Source: Saccostrea echinata
Lineage: Eukaryota
Assembly: GCF_033153115.1 (NCBI RefSeq)
Contig: NW_026889761.1
Coordinates: 20,708,001 to 20,772,000 of the forward strand
Reading direction: 5' to 3'
DNA length: 64,000 nt
The position numbers and the translations under genes are program-made. Of this stretch, positions 37,153 through 50,904 are shown piece by piece (within the stretch, counting starts at the first letter, position 1; every line of letters begins with the position of its first letter). The notes below the pieces were generated by a model that searched no databases, had not been told where the DNA came from, and worked only from the letters and a program-made list of their open reading frames with translations.

Positions 37153-39759
37153 TCAGGTTCCGAAATTTGATACCCCGAAGGAGTTGAGCCATCGGTCAAC
37201 TATGAAATCCATCCAAACGGTCGGTATATAGTTTTTCAGCCGGGCCAAATACTGAAAATAAATAGATAATAAAATAATAATATGTGGAATTTCTTACTTC
37301 AGAACATTCAAGTACATAACAGTGTATTTTATATACTGTATGTGTACTTTAAAAAGCGGGCTTCTTTTTAGCGACTTTGGCGCAGTCAACGATGCACTAA
37401 TTTATGAATATCGCAAAGAAATCATTTATATATACAATGAACGGCACGTACATGTGTAGCGCTAATTCTTGATTACGCCAACTCCTCCTAACCCAGTGAT
37501 TGCGCTAAATTCAAAATACGCCAATTTGTTTACACGTACAGTATTATCAGTCAACATTAAAAAAGAGGGCTTCTTTTTAGCGACTTTGGCGCAGTCAACG
37601 ATGCACTAAATTATGAATATCGCAAAGAAATCATTTATATATACAATAAACGGCACGTACATGTGTAGCGCTAATTCTTGATTACGCCAACTCCTCCAAA
37701 CCCAGTGATTGCGCTAAATTCAAAATACGCCAATTTGTTTACACGTACAGTATTATCAGTCAAGATATTATTTTTCAGTTTTGTTGTGTCATCCAAGTAT
37801 TCATATCTTATGTTAATGCTTAATTGGACTATGCCTTATTTTCACATTTAACATATACTCTAGATTTTAAGCCAGATTGAATTTTTTTTTAATTAACTAT
37901 GTGAAATGGAGTCATCCATAATATATTTTACTTTTTTAGTGCATACAATTAAAAGTCAAAGCACTCTGCTCTCTCCCAGGAGAGAAAAGATATTTTATCA
38001 AATATCTTCTAGATGATGAAGCGCTCTTTAATAAACAGTATATCAGTCAAGTGTATGCATTTAACCTAAGCTTGCAATGAAACCCTAGCCCAAGACAAAC
38101 CCTCTTTGGAAGAACATAAGCTTAACGTACATTACAGAAATCAATCAGTCCTGATCCACCATCTACTAAATATCTACTTTTCGGATTTTCAAGCGTCAAA
38201 GCGTCAACAAACGCATCAATGACCGGATCAGTCGAGGGGAAGGAAGAGTCAAGTGCTTCTACTTGTCCAGAAAACTGGGATTCCAGATACTTCCGGCCAT
38301 AAACTTGTCTCACTTCTGCGTCAGCATTGCTCCACATTTCCTCTTTATCTCTTTTCAAACGTTCAAACTGTAATAAATTTGAATTAACTTGTTATAGTAC
38401 GTTGTATCGTATAACATATATCACTATAATAAATCATTTACTTACTAATAAACTCGTGTTTATCAAGGAAACATGCAACACCAAATAGTAATGGCTAAGG
38501 GAAATGTTTTTCTTATATACCAAATTTGAGTAAATTTACAATTTTCAAAGAATTTATAGCCTTTTAGCTCATGAAATGAAGACTTAAATGTGCTTTTTTA
38601 ATTATTATTATTTCTTGTTTTGTAAAGCATTTCAAATGCGCTACGACCATCAGGAAATTTAAGTAAGCCTTATTCAACGATCAAGCATGCAACAGACATA
38701 AAAAGAATTTGATATAGTTTCAGTCTGAAATATCTTAATAATATGATGGCTCTGAAATATACAACATTGGCTGCACATGGATTTTTTCCCTTTGGAATGC
38801 AGAGCTCCTTTGCAGATCTTTTAAAACGATCTTAATCAACACTGAGATGGTATAATACTTATTTCTTTAAATTAAAGTAATTTGACCATTAGAAGAATAC
38901 CTGCACAACTTTAAGTAATTCATATCATAACTTAAAGAGAAATAAGAAAAAAATGTCAAAATGACAAGGTTTAATTGTAAATTAGACAAACAGCATACAA
39001 ACAATTAATCAGATCAGTTTACTTGTGTAATGTTCTCCGTTAAGAAAAAAGAGAATAAAGAAACATACATTGCTACCTATACGAATTCCTGTTACCCCTC
39101 CAAAATTCCCTGGTTCAACAATAGAAACTTTTACTCCAAACTTCCTCATTTCAAGCCTCAGGCAGTCAGAAAAATTTTCACAGCCAAACTTAGTGATTCC
39201 ATAGACCGATATTCTTGGAAGAGATACAAGGCCTTTGACACTTGTATTGTTCACAATTCGACCTATTATGAAGGATAATGTTTATAACATCCACTAAACA
39301 GATCTTATCTTTAAAAACACACTTTACCTAAAAACTGAAGTTTTTTTTCTTTTGTGAGAAGAATTTTCATCTGCAGGTGTGATTACACTGTCAAAATTAA
39401 GATTACCATGTAGTTTCGTGCAGATGCTTCAAAATGTCACTCACAGTTTATGACCTTACCATTCCTTCCCTTTGATTGTTTTCTGGTGTTTGCTTTAATT
39501 TTTGTATAATCTAAGGGCTAAGAAAATTATGTACTAGTAGTTGACTATTTTATAATCCTACATAATTTAATCTTCTCTTACTCTTCTGAAACTTCCCTGA
39601 GTCAGCAAATCTATGCATGAATAAAGTAATTTCATGTATGAAATAATTTTTCTTTTTTAAGACGTTCTCCGAAAAGAAAATATCCTCTATGTTATGCATA
39701 CAAAATAGATATGACCAAGGAAACTATGACTCAATCAAACACACACACACACACACACT

Positions 39760-39795
<36 letters not shown>

Positions 39796-41470
39796 ATCAA
39801 CATTCTAAAGATTCGTGTGTGTGAAAAGTGAAAAAGTACTCTGCTAAGCGATTTTTGAAGATGGTGAAAATACCCAACTTCAGATATATTTTGCACTTTT
39901 TTTCTTTCTATCTTATTATAATTAAAACAAATGTAAGCATACATATTGTCTAAAAATATAAATGTCTTTGACAAAAAAGTAAATATACTCAGAATTTATG
40001 ATGTTGCTTTATACCTTTAGATTTTCTAATCATGGGTAGAAATGCTTTTGTGACGTTTATCATGCCAAAAAGATTCACTTCCGCCACACGTCTGTACATA
40101 TCTATTGTGCAAAATTCTATATCTCCATAGAAGTCAATTCCAGCGTTGTTGACAACAGCCCAGAGACCTAAAAAAAAAAAGTTAAAGGTACACTTGATAA
40201 TGTCAAAATTTGAAGTATAAAGTAATAATAAAAATTAACTTGATAAAGTAAAAAAGAATGAAACGAATTATATTTGATTAAAATTTATGCTGACAAGGTA
40301 AAAATTAAATCTCATGTAGTAAAAATCTATGGTTATAGGTAATTATAAGTAGATGTTTTTCATGATTTGTTAATATGCTTTAACCAAAGGAAAAATAACA
40401 AATTATACCCTTTTCATAAAATATCTTACTTACCACATCCGGTCAGTTCGTGTACTGACTCCACATAACTTTTGGCAGCTCTGATTTGATCATCTTTGGT
40501 GATGTCTAGTTGGACAACGTGAAGACGTTTAGAACATAATTTCGCTAATTCTTCTGGACCGGGCCCATCTTCCACCAAACATCCAGCAAACACATGAAAC
40601 CCCATCTTATCCAGACGCTTTGCCAGATCGTGTCCAAATCCTGGAAAAAAGTAAAATTACATCGTAATTAAACAGACTATCTAAGGTTTGGAACTTGTTT
40701 CATGTGTATCCTCCTGTTATCTCGATCAAAGTTGGGTGACATATTGTTAGTATTACTTCTAATTTTTTTCCGCAGTCCTGCATTCTTGCAGATGGCCTGA
40801 ACAATCTTAATGAATCCACAGTAATGATACAGACTAGAATCATGCATGCAGCATTTAAAACTTTCAAAATGGCTGTCGTTGCCGAAATAACAAAAATGGT
40901 AATTTTATTGAAATCAATTTTTAAAATTTAGTACTTCAATCCTAATATTGCACCATGTGGGGTCAGTGTGGGATGACATAATTATGCAATAGTAATGTTC
41001 ATAGTTTTAAGATTCTTTTTTCCTAAGTTTTCTGTTAAAATTCTATAATGTGTTATCATTTTTAACAAGCTATCAGCATTAGAAATAAGTGTGTGTCTAC
41101 AGTCTTTGTAGTTAAATACCACGTTAAACATTCAGACAAGTATAAAGGACATTATGGTAAAATTTTACTTGAAATCACTATGGTGGAGTAAAATCAGATT
41201 ACGAAGCACTTGAAACTAAAGTTTTATTTCAGGATAAATTGGATTAAAAAATTATTTTCTTCACTTAGAATTTAGATACATTTTTTCAATCCATAAAAAA
41301 GCATTTTATAACATGTTTACGTCAAGATAAATTACTAAATTGAACCTACCAGTATCACATCCAGTTATCAAAACTCCTTGACCATTGACTGTAATCTTCC
41401 GAGTTCTGAAGACACAAACATTATACCACAATACAACCGCTAACACTCCAAAAACAACTAGTTGTAGCAT
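37153..41470 (-). CDS. Short-chain dehydrogenase/reductase B, BDH1/RDH-like, 336 aa
   Basis: Exons 41470-41350, 40640-40434, 40167-40015, 39262-39069, 38367-38131, 37251-37153. Internal exon sizes are identical to SDR-A; TGCDTGFG, NNAG, YGITK. Confidence 0.93.
37350..37763. repeat. Near-perfect ~210 bp tandem duplication of a MITE plus flank in SDR-B last intron
   Basis: GGGCTTCTTTTTAGCGACTTTGGCGC...ACGTACAGTATTATCAGTCAA occurs twice (~37350-37553 and ~37560-37763). Confidence 0.9.
39738..39794. repeat. Compound (AC)n/(AG)n microsatellite
   Basis: Direct reading. Confidence 0.95.
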
Positions 41471-41719
41471 CTCTTAGGAAACGTCGCAAAGACAAAACTT
41501 GTCCCTTAGATGAACAGGACGAATTTACAATATGCAATTCAAAACCAAGATTAAAACCTTGCTGATAACAAATGCATTGATACAAATATAGGACAGTGGA
41601 TTTTCCCTTAGCGCTGTCAAAAGTCTTTGACTTTTAGGGCATGTATAAAAGTGTGAAAAAGTTAAAATAATAATCGCATTAATATTTTTTATCGGACTGT
41701 CAACAGTCTTTGACTTTAA

Positions 41720-42037
41720 GGTCTGACGACACGTTCCTCGATATCTGTTTTGAATCTCCTCGTATTATGCAACAATTTTATCATAATTATCATTCTCTTG
41801 TGATTTTCAAACTGTTTTCGAAATGTCTAAGTGGACAAAGACACCAAAAAATTGTGATATTGCAATGTTAGTGATTTTCAATAGGAATATATAGTAAATA
41901 ACATCCTTTGGTATCTTGCACAAATGCCTGGTAAGGTACCTTAATTTTTTGTGAGGAAATTTGTTTAAGAAGTAATGCTTCAATGATAAATTCTTGGAAA
42001 ATTTTATATATATTTTTTAGGAACGTGTCGTCTGACC
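41720..42037. mobile_element. TTAA-flanked MITE upstream of SDR-B
   Basis: TTAA-GGTCTGACGACACGTTCCT...AGGAACGTGTCGTCTGACC-TAAA; a related decayed half lies at ~30915-31032 in SDR-A intron 3. Confidence 0.75.
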
Positions 42038-44449
42038 TAAAGAACATGTATAAAAGTGGGCGAAAATAAAGTATTAATCCCTATAATACTTTTATCGGAA
42101 AGAAAAGTTGAATAGCCTTTGTGTCCGGAAAATTAGGTATAACCTTGATTAAAATCATCATCATTCATGAACCAAACGTTTATTTACTACATGTATATCG
42201 TATATGGATAGTTTTGTCAATCATTACTGATAAAGAATTAGTTGTGAGAAGCTAATTGGTCCAACAATGATAAAAAATGTACATGTTTTGTGTACAGTTA
42301 CAGATATAAACTAAACGCATTGATAAATGCCACATCGATAGTGGTTAATGCAGTCACTTTTTAAATATCCATGCGTATCTTTGCCATGTCCAAACTTTGA
42401 TATTTTTTTAATGTAATTATATTCTGCTTTTTATTCAGGGAACATCAGTAGTTTTTCCCCTAAATTCATTGAACTTAAGCAAAATTTGAATTTTATAATA
42501 AAACATGAACAAAGGAAAGAGTAATAAACAAAAACTTACAGTCTATTATGAGATCTTTTTGTTTATCGTTAAATAATATAAAATTATGTTTGAAAACCAT
42601 GTTATAGATTAATTTTCTCCTGCATTTTGAGAAAAAAAAAATAAAACAGACATGTACAGTAAAACTTTCTAGTAGGAACATTACTTGTTCCACAGAAGTT
42701 GGCCGGATTAGACATTTTGAACAATTGAATTTACTGAAAGTTTACATCGTATTAGGCAAATTTTTGGTAAACACAACATACTGATTATACAACTTTCAGT
42801 GCACATCCTTTTTTTCTGATTTGCATATTGATTATCATATTTCAAATTTCTTTCACTTTTACACTATATCAAAATTATTATTACACAGACGATTGACTTA
42901 AAGTGCGAATTTCTTTCTTGCGTATTAGTGGGTAACATATCTCATTCCCTTCAAAATGCTCAAAACTGAGAATTGAATTCACCCATGACTCTGATAAGGA
43001 TGATTTGACTAATTGCTGTAAAATCTGGCTAGATTTCAAATATGATTTAGCTGCCTACATTTTAACAACAGGTAAAGTGGATTAAAAGGAGATAGATACA
43101 GAATTACAATCGTGCAATTGAATCTGTGAAACTATTTAAATACAAGTTTCTGGTTGCTATGTGACGATTCAGTCTTATAGTTTATACAGAGACGTAGTCA
43201 TTTATTTAGGACAAGAGCAGTATTAGATATAAACGATGTGAGCTCTTTCAAATTCCTGCTTGAAATGTCTTCTTGCAATGAAATCACATCGTGAGTGTAT
43301 TCTGTGCTTTGTTGTTTTTGTTTCATGAGTATTTTGTGTCATCATTTCAGTTTCCAAATAAGATTCTTAATTTATTCATCAATAAGCCCTTTTATGATAA
43401 CTGCTACACTGTTTATTTTGCAGGGCAAATTGAAAAGGTTTAGCGATGATGTTTTAGTTGACAGACAATTAAACAATTGCTGTTACATGAAGGTCTTATT
43501 CACCAAACTATATCAATTTGCCCAACAAAAGGACAGACTGTAATTGTCGTGAAAAACTATTAATCACTAAAATTTTATAATAGACTTTAAATCCGTTAAA
43601 ATAATATTATGAGTTTAACAGTATGGTCTAAAGAAAACAATTATAAATACATTTAGTTTACTCCCATCAATAAATCAATATTTCTTTGTTACTAAGCTAT
43701 AGGCTTATTCTACATAATGCAGACATGACAATATTTTCATTAAAATAGAGAACGTTACCTCTTTTACATACACCAGACCTAGGAGTTCTAAGCCCAAGTA
43801 TTTTTAAATTTTTCTCGAACGCCTTCTGTAAGAAAATAATTACTACATTAATCTTTCTGGAAAGAAACTCAATCTGACTTAACTTTTACATGTAGGTGAG
43901 CTTAGATATTAAAAATATCAATAAGACAAAAGTAGTTATTTTAAATAAAAGTGTTCACCTAATTAAAGAAAACTTCACATTTGTTAGTGTATACATTTAT
44001 TGTGCGAACAAAAATAAATACCTAGTTGTAATATTAGCTTCCTGTGGTTTCTTCAAAGAAGCAAAATCGTATCTATAAAATAAAGCTCTTAAAGCATCGT
44101 TCCAACCGTTCAAAGACAGGATTCGTCCAGTAGAACACTTTAAGATTTTTTAACCATGTGCGATGAAACAAGGGCTGTGAAACGATGTATTGACCCACTT
44201 TCATACACACACCTATGAACCCGGTGATATTGAAAAAAAGAAAGATTTTAAAATATTTTTTTTCCTATCCTATTTATCCGTATGTTAAACTCTGATAGCA
44301 CATTGTGCCCCAACTCCACCCCAGGGGGGGATGATTTGAACAAACTTAAATCTACACTACCCGAGGATGCTCCATATCAATATGGAGAAAAATATTTTTT
44401 AAAGATTTTTTTTCCTATATGTTCCTATGTAAAACTATGATGGCCCATT

Positions 44450-46655
44450 GTTTTTCTTTTGAACATATTTTATTGACAATATGTCAAAGGGATTGGACAC
44501 AAGTTCCAAAAATTTAGATCGTCCTCTGTCATACATAAAATCTGAATAGCCATACAATATTTACAAAGATTTACAATTTTACAATAATATACATGAACAT
44601 AGAAGAACAAAAACAATAGTTATTATTGCTAAGGAATGATATAGTGATAAATATAATGACGACAATAACCATATGAAATATAGTTATAAAAGAGGTGGTA
44701 AATACAAATAAGTGTTAATTGAAACGACCAGTATCCTGAATAAATTTTTGAACAATACGGTGAATACCTTTTTTTTCATTTTTCCTGCAAAGATAATGAT
44801 TTATCTCCCAATAGCAGTTTATGCACATTTAATATTTTTACATTATTAATTACAAGTAATGCATTTAACATTAAACATTTAGCTTCTAGATATTTTCACA
44901 AGGAAATATTGATGACTATCCTCCTTATATCCACGAGAATGATTTAGATTCGTTATAATGTTACATTTATATAAGTCATGATTTAGAATACAAGTGTGCC
45001 TTATTTTTGTTTATTATACCTCTATTAAGAATACTCAAATTTGATTGGCTTGTTAGAAGGCTTTTAAACTCAATAATGACTCCAAAAAGTACCATTTACA
45101 GCAATAATTACCTAGGAATCATTGCACGTGGGGTAAAATGACCCTGTCATTATAAATTATGATGACTGCTAAAATGACCTGTTAATCTAAATTCCATTCA
45201 AATTTAAAATTTAATGCAAACAGTAATGACTGTTCATTACAAAAAATGCCGTTGTTAAAATATGTATAGTCTTTTTATGATACGGAATACGATTGTCCTT
45301 TAGATGCGCGTCATAAAATTTATTGTTTTCATTGAAACTTCCTTGAATTTATAAAAATGCAAGTTACTGACAATCACAGAGTGTTTTGATAAAACGGCGG
45401 TGCAAAAACTTACAAGACTTGCAGGCGAAAAGTAAACAACTTCACTAGCGAATCCCTATCCCGATGAAACACTGATAATAACAGTTCGTAGGTCTAATAC
45501 ACAATTGATTATTTTAGTAATTAAGTCTACAAAAATTGTCTTAATTTATATTGGTATAATAAAACAATTGATTACCCCTTATGAGTTCAACATGGTGAAA
45601 TAAGGACCCTCGACCTTGCCCACTCGCTGACCTGACCTGGTCAGGTCACCTCGTGGGCCAGGTCTCGGGTCCTTATTTCACCATGTTGACCTCATAAGGG
45701 GTAATTAATTGTATAATGTAAAAAGTTCAGATACCTTTTGCCATATGATAGATACTTGGGAGGCTTGTCATTATTATTATTCAATTTTCTTTTGAAAATT
45801 CCTATTGCAGCTATTTCTCTAGTTTCGTTACACAATGAATTCCATTTGCGAATAGCATCGGGAACAAATGACTTATTGAGTAATTTAAGCCTACATTTTG
45901 GTAAGAAATAATTACTTGAATTACGAGTACTATAATTTGAAACATTGCTTCTAACTACTGGTACAATATTTTTTAAATGATCAGGAGCTAGGTTATTGTG
46001 GATTTTAAACATTGTTAAAAGTTATGTTTTGTCCCTTATTATTATAAGAGGTTCCCATCCTGTTTCAACATACAACGAGTTTCTTGACGCTAATACTGAC
46101 AGACCTGTCACAATTCTTGCAGCGGTCAATTGAACCTTTTCAAGTTTTTCAATATCTGCAAATGAACAGCCCGACCAAACTTTCAGATGTATACTCAAGT
46201 TGAGGTCTTACAAAGGAAATGTAAATTTTGGATAAAGTATCTCTAGACACTGAAAATTTAAGTTTCTTGAGAAGTCCAAGCTTTTTGTAGCCTTTACTGA
46301 CAATACTATTAATCTATTCAGTCCAGTCTAATTTAGATGAAAAAATAACTTCAAGATGTTTATGTTGTGTTACATATTCTAGCTGACAGGTTCCCAAATA
46401 ATAATACAGGTAAGAGGTTTGTATTTTTTAAGCTGAAAAATACTACCTTTGTTTTACTTGGATTAAATTTGAATAGCCAATTTTTGGACCACTCATCCAT
46501 GATTTTTAAATCATGGTTAAGATTATGTTCAATGAGGCACATGTCACTTGAGCTTTCTTGTAAAGAGTTATCGTCTGCAAATAATCTGCAAACAGATGTC
46601 ATATTTTCGTCAACATCATTCACATATATTAGAAATAAAAGACGACGTAGGACAG
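44450..46655 (-). mobile_element. 5'-truncated CR1/L2-group LINE, copy 2
   Basis: LFLIYVNDVDENMTSVCRLFADDNSL, WLFKFNPSKTK, MFKIHNNLAP...SFVPDAIRKWNSL; paralogous to 19470-20960. Confidence 0.88.
45011..45716. mobile_element. Non-autonomous element with a ~150 bp terminal hairpin (Crypton-like architecture), nested in LINE copy 2
   Basis: Absent from LINE copy 1. Starts TTATTATACC, inverted GGTATAATAA at 45553-45562, long hairpin at 45564-45712, no clear TSD. Confidence 0.7.
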
Positions 46656-47435
46656 ATCGCCTATTGTGGCCCAACCCTATCGCCGGGGGTCAAAATTTGA
46701 ACAATGTACACTACCTGAGGATGCTTCCATATCAATATGCCTAAACGTGGCTTTACTTTTCCTCAGAAGAATATTTTTGAAGATGTTTTCCTATATATTC
46801 CTATGTAAAACTTTTATCCACATTGAGGTCCTACCCAACCTCCGGGGGTAATGTTTTGAACAAACTTTAATCTACACTACATGAGGATGATTAATATGAC
46901 TAAACATCGCTTTGCTGTTCTTGAATAGAAGATTTTTGATGATATTTTTCTATATATTCCTAGGTAAAAGTATGATCGCCTATTGTGCCCAAACCCTACT
47001 CAGTTGGGTCATGATTATAACAAATTTTAATCTACACCGCCTGAGGATGCTTCCATATCAATATGACTAATCACGGCTTTGCTTTTCTTAAGAAGATTTT
47101 TGAAGATTTTTTCCTATAAATTCCTATGTAAAAGTTTGATCCTCCATTGAGGCCCTACCTAACCTTCGGGGGTCATGACTTGAGGAAAGTTGAATTTACA
47201 CTATGTAAGGAAGATTTTACAGAAGTTTTGGCACAGTGCTGCTGGGGAAGACTATTAAAAGATACACAAAATTTTCACTATTTCTTAATTATTTCCCCTT
47301 GAAAGAGAGCCTGGCCCTTCATTTGAGCAAATATGAATCCCCTTCATCAAAGGATGCTTTTGGCAAGTTTGGTTGAAATTGGCTCTGAGGTTCCAGAGAA
47401 GTCGAAATTTTGAAAAGGTAATAGACGAACGAACT
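46656..47435. repeat. HINE-associated satellite array (~160-170 bp units)
   Basis: Repeated TTCCTATGTAAAA...CCCAACCCT...GGGGTCATGA...AATCTACACTACCTGAGGATGCTTCC, ending with an AAGTTTGGTTGAAATTGG...GACGAAC tract. Confidence 0.75.
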
Positions 47436-47449
47436 TATACAATGTGGCT

Positions 47450-48712
47450 CCCTTTCAAAGGAGGAAATTGTTCGAAATTATGTTAGTTTTAAATGCTTTT
47501 AATATTCCCAACAACCAGATTGAATTTGAATTATTTATACTGGATTCCGCAATTACATAAAAAATTCTTATAAAAAAAAAATAGTTGGTTCCAGTAAATG
47601 TTCTACCAACAACTACTTTCCTTACTACTCTCTAAAATATTAACAGCAGTGACGGAGAAACTTCAGGAGTACTGTACAACAACAGTTTATTTAAGAACTA
47701 GTGTAAATCAGATGTGGATACTTAAAAACTCCGAGGAACTTTTAGAAAATTTGAAATCACAAAATTTTACCAAAATCGATAAAATCAAAACGTGCGACTT
47801 TTCAATATTTTATACAACCATTTCCCATAATAAATTTAAAGTCCAGGTTTTTTGACATCATAGGCAGCTGCCTTTTCAATAAAAATGGAACTCATAAATT
47901 TACGTACCTTGTCATTGGTCATTTGCAAAATTATTTTGTTAAAAAATATTCTGATTGTGCACACAGGTACTCTGAAGTTGATATGGAAAGATGCTCGCGT
48001 TTCTGAATATTTTTGTAGTTTATGGTTATCAAGGCTTCAACAGTATTTCGGAATTCCCATATTAGCAGACCGGTTTAATATGTACTCATATAAAGCAGAA
48101 ATTATTCAAAAACTTCTACATGAAAAGAAGTCTCTTGCGGCGGCCTTCAAATAAACAATATTGACGACGTTTTATCAATTAATAATATTCACTTTCATTC
48201 CTACGTTAATTCGATATATCCCTTTGAACTCGAAATTAAAGATACCACAGAATCTGATACATCTGTTCATTAATGGATACCTTACTATAAAAAGACGTTT
48301 ATGGTAACCCATGGTAACAAAACTTAATGATAAAAGCTATTGACAAATACGTTGATAAAACAAGAACATCAACAGTCTCGTTTAAAGTCAACATTTCGCA
48401 AATTCTATGTTCGATACAACAACCTTGTCAGCAAAAAACTATCTTAAAGTCGAATGTTGACTGACGTTTTTCATACATATTGTTAGGCTATTATTTTTAC
48501 ACTTAATTGTCTACGGATTTTTCTGTTTTCCCGATCATGACAATGAGCATACGGTGGGTATGGTCATTCGACAGGGTAGGCTCACTCCTCCATGGCATCT
48601 GATCCTACCTCTGATGTTTTTAGAGGTCCGTATTTGCTCGGCTCAAAATTTGTATTATTTCAATGAACTTGAATTTGAGCTCGATTACTTTTCGTTATCT
48701 TCACATCTCATG
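47450..48712 (+). mobile_element. Penelope-like (Naiad-type) RT fragment
   Basis: SLLLSKILTAVTEKLQEYC..VNQMWILKNSEELL..KTCDFSIFYTTI, GIP, IDDVLSINN, ELEIKDTTESDTSVH, and the 3' motif at ~48551-48612. Confidence 0.85.
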
Positions 48713-49897
48713 AAAGAAATAATGATGCTTCGATATAAACTAGCATAATGAAAAATGACACTGAAAGATTTAAAACTTGGCTTTCAGATTAAGATGTATT
48801 TGAAATGAACAGAGAGCTTTGAGACTGCATAAATTTTTTTTTTCAAATGAGGTTTCGAACCCAGATGCCGAGCTGTCTAGACAATGAGGAAAACAGTACA
48901 TTAGCTACTGCGTGAAGAAGCAACCAACTCCAGAATGGTAGCAAAGGTACGTTGGATGGTCTTCAGAAACTTTAACATATAGTTAAGGTTTGTCATTTCT
49001 GGTTCAGTGGTTCATAAAAAAATTTTAATGACCACAACACAACATTTATTATTATTAAATAATTATTATACTAGTAATTATTGTGTACCATAGAAAACAT
49101 GCTTAATTTTAACAAATTTGTAATCACTCTTTCCAAAGAGTTTGATTCAAACTGGCGCCATGGATCTGTAGAAGAAGTAGAAAATGTACAAAATATAGCA
49201 AACAACAGACGGACGGAGGGAAAACGGAATAAAACTTTGATCATAGTAGCTGACTTAAACCTTTGGCTCAGCTAGAGGAGCTGAAAAGTAATCACAAAAG
49301 AGGGGAAGCCTGCATTACATTAAAAAATAACAAACATAAAACCAAAAAACAGAGGCATCCTCTATGCCCTAGGGTCCATGGTTGTAACAAACTGAAAACA
49401 CTCTGTGAAGATCTTGCAGCTTCTAGTCCTATAGTTCTCGAGAAGACTTTAAAAAATTGCTCTCCTATGTAGAACATTGAATCCCCCCGCCCCCCCCCCC
49501 CCCCGCCGTGGACACCTGGTTTCCCCTTAAATTCGCAACTAGGAATATAATTTTTATACCAATCTAAGTTTCCGCTAACCTTTGTGTTTCTGGCTCTCTT
49601 TTTTTTCGGGGGGGGGGGGGGGGGGAGTTGGATTATCTCTAAGAGGAAATGCAATATTCCGTGAATCGGCTTGCACATGCATTTAAATCCACAGATGCGA
49701 GAACTGGGTCCAAGATATTGCGGGTTGTGTTCGAGACGTGGGTTCTCATATCATATTTGCAAGTTTGTTCAATGAAACGCGTGGTTGGTCGTAAGATAAG
49801 TACCGTAATATTACGGATAGGAACATGTATGGTGAAAAATTGCGTTTGCTGTAATCTCAATAACTTTATTTATACTTTGCTGGGTGTTTTGACAGCT

Positions 49898-50059
49898 NNN
49901 NNNNNNNNNNNNNNNNNNNNNNNNNNNNNNNNNNNNNNNNNNNNNNNNNNNNNNNNNNNNNNNNNNNNNNNNNNNNNNNNNNNNNNNNNNNNNNNNNNNN
50001 NNNNNNNNNNNNNNNNNNNNNNNNNNNNNNNNNNNNNNNNNNNNNNNNNNNNNNNNNNN
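49898..50059. other. Assembly gap (162 N)
   Basis: Run of N. Confidence 1.
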
Positions 50060-50904
50060 ACAATCTAAGTTGGTAAAACTTGTGTTCAATCCAATTCATT
50101 ATGTTTCAATAAAATGTGCTTAATTAAATCAAATCAGAAAAAAGAAAGCATAAAATAAGTATGTGTATCAATTTTGAATACGTTTCATCTTCTAGTATAT
50201 CTGTATTATTAAGGACGTCACATACAGATTTACATTTCCTAACTCATTTTTCCCCTGTTACTCATGGTCGAGTTTAATGAAATCAGCCGTATTACAGTCA
50301 ATAACTTTTTGTCTTTTATGTATACAATGTATTGTGTATATAAAATATGTATTTAAACGTCCAGCCAGAAAAGTAAATATATACTACGAAACGGGGGAGA
50401 AATAATTGAACTAACAACAAAACCTAGGGCACCATTAATTAATAAATCAATACATATGACCTTTGTTGTTATAAGAATGGTTGAAAACTAACTATATTTA
50501 TTTAAGCTTAGTTTTTTTGGTTATTAATTTCAAGCCTCTATTTTGATTTGACAAAAAATTAGACAAAGTCACCTAGATACATGTATCAAAGGTTTCTTTC
50601 AAGCACTTTGTTTAACTTTGAAAAGACATATGTTACAATAATTGTGACAGCCCGATATAGGTCTACATTACATGTGCAAAGTTAGCAAAAATACTTTGTT
50701 GCCATTATTTATTTCTAAACAAAAGATTAATTCTAAACCTTTCATTAACAAATCATAACAATAGATTTAAAATGCTGGCAGTTTTCCTTACGGCGAAACC
50801 CGATATGCATAAAGTAACCCACGTTTCCAACTGTCCTTAATGTCCGTGGCATACCCAACAAACTAAACAGTGATCCCATTTTATTACATTTTCAACAATG
50901 AAAT

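Noticed and set aside
49649-50099. ORFs spanning the N run
   Set aside because: Artifacts of the assembly gap.
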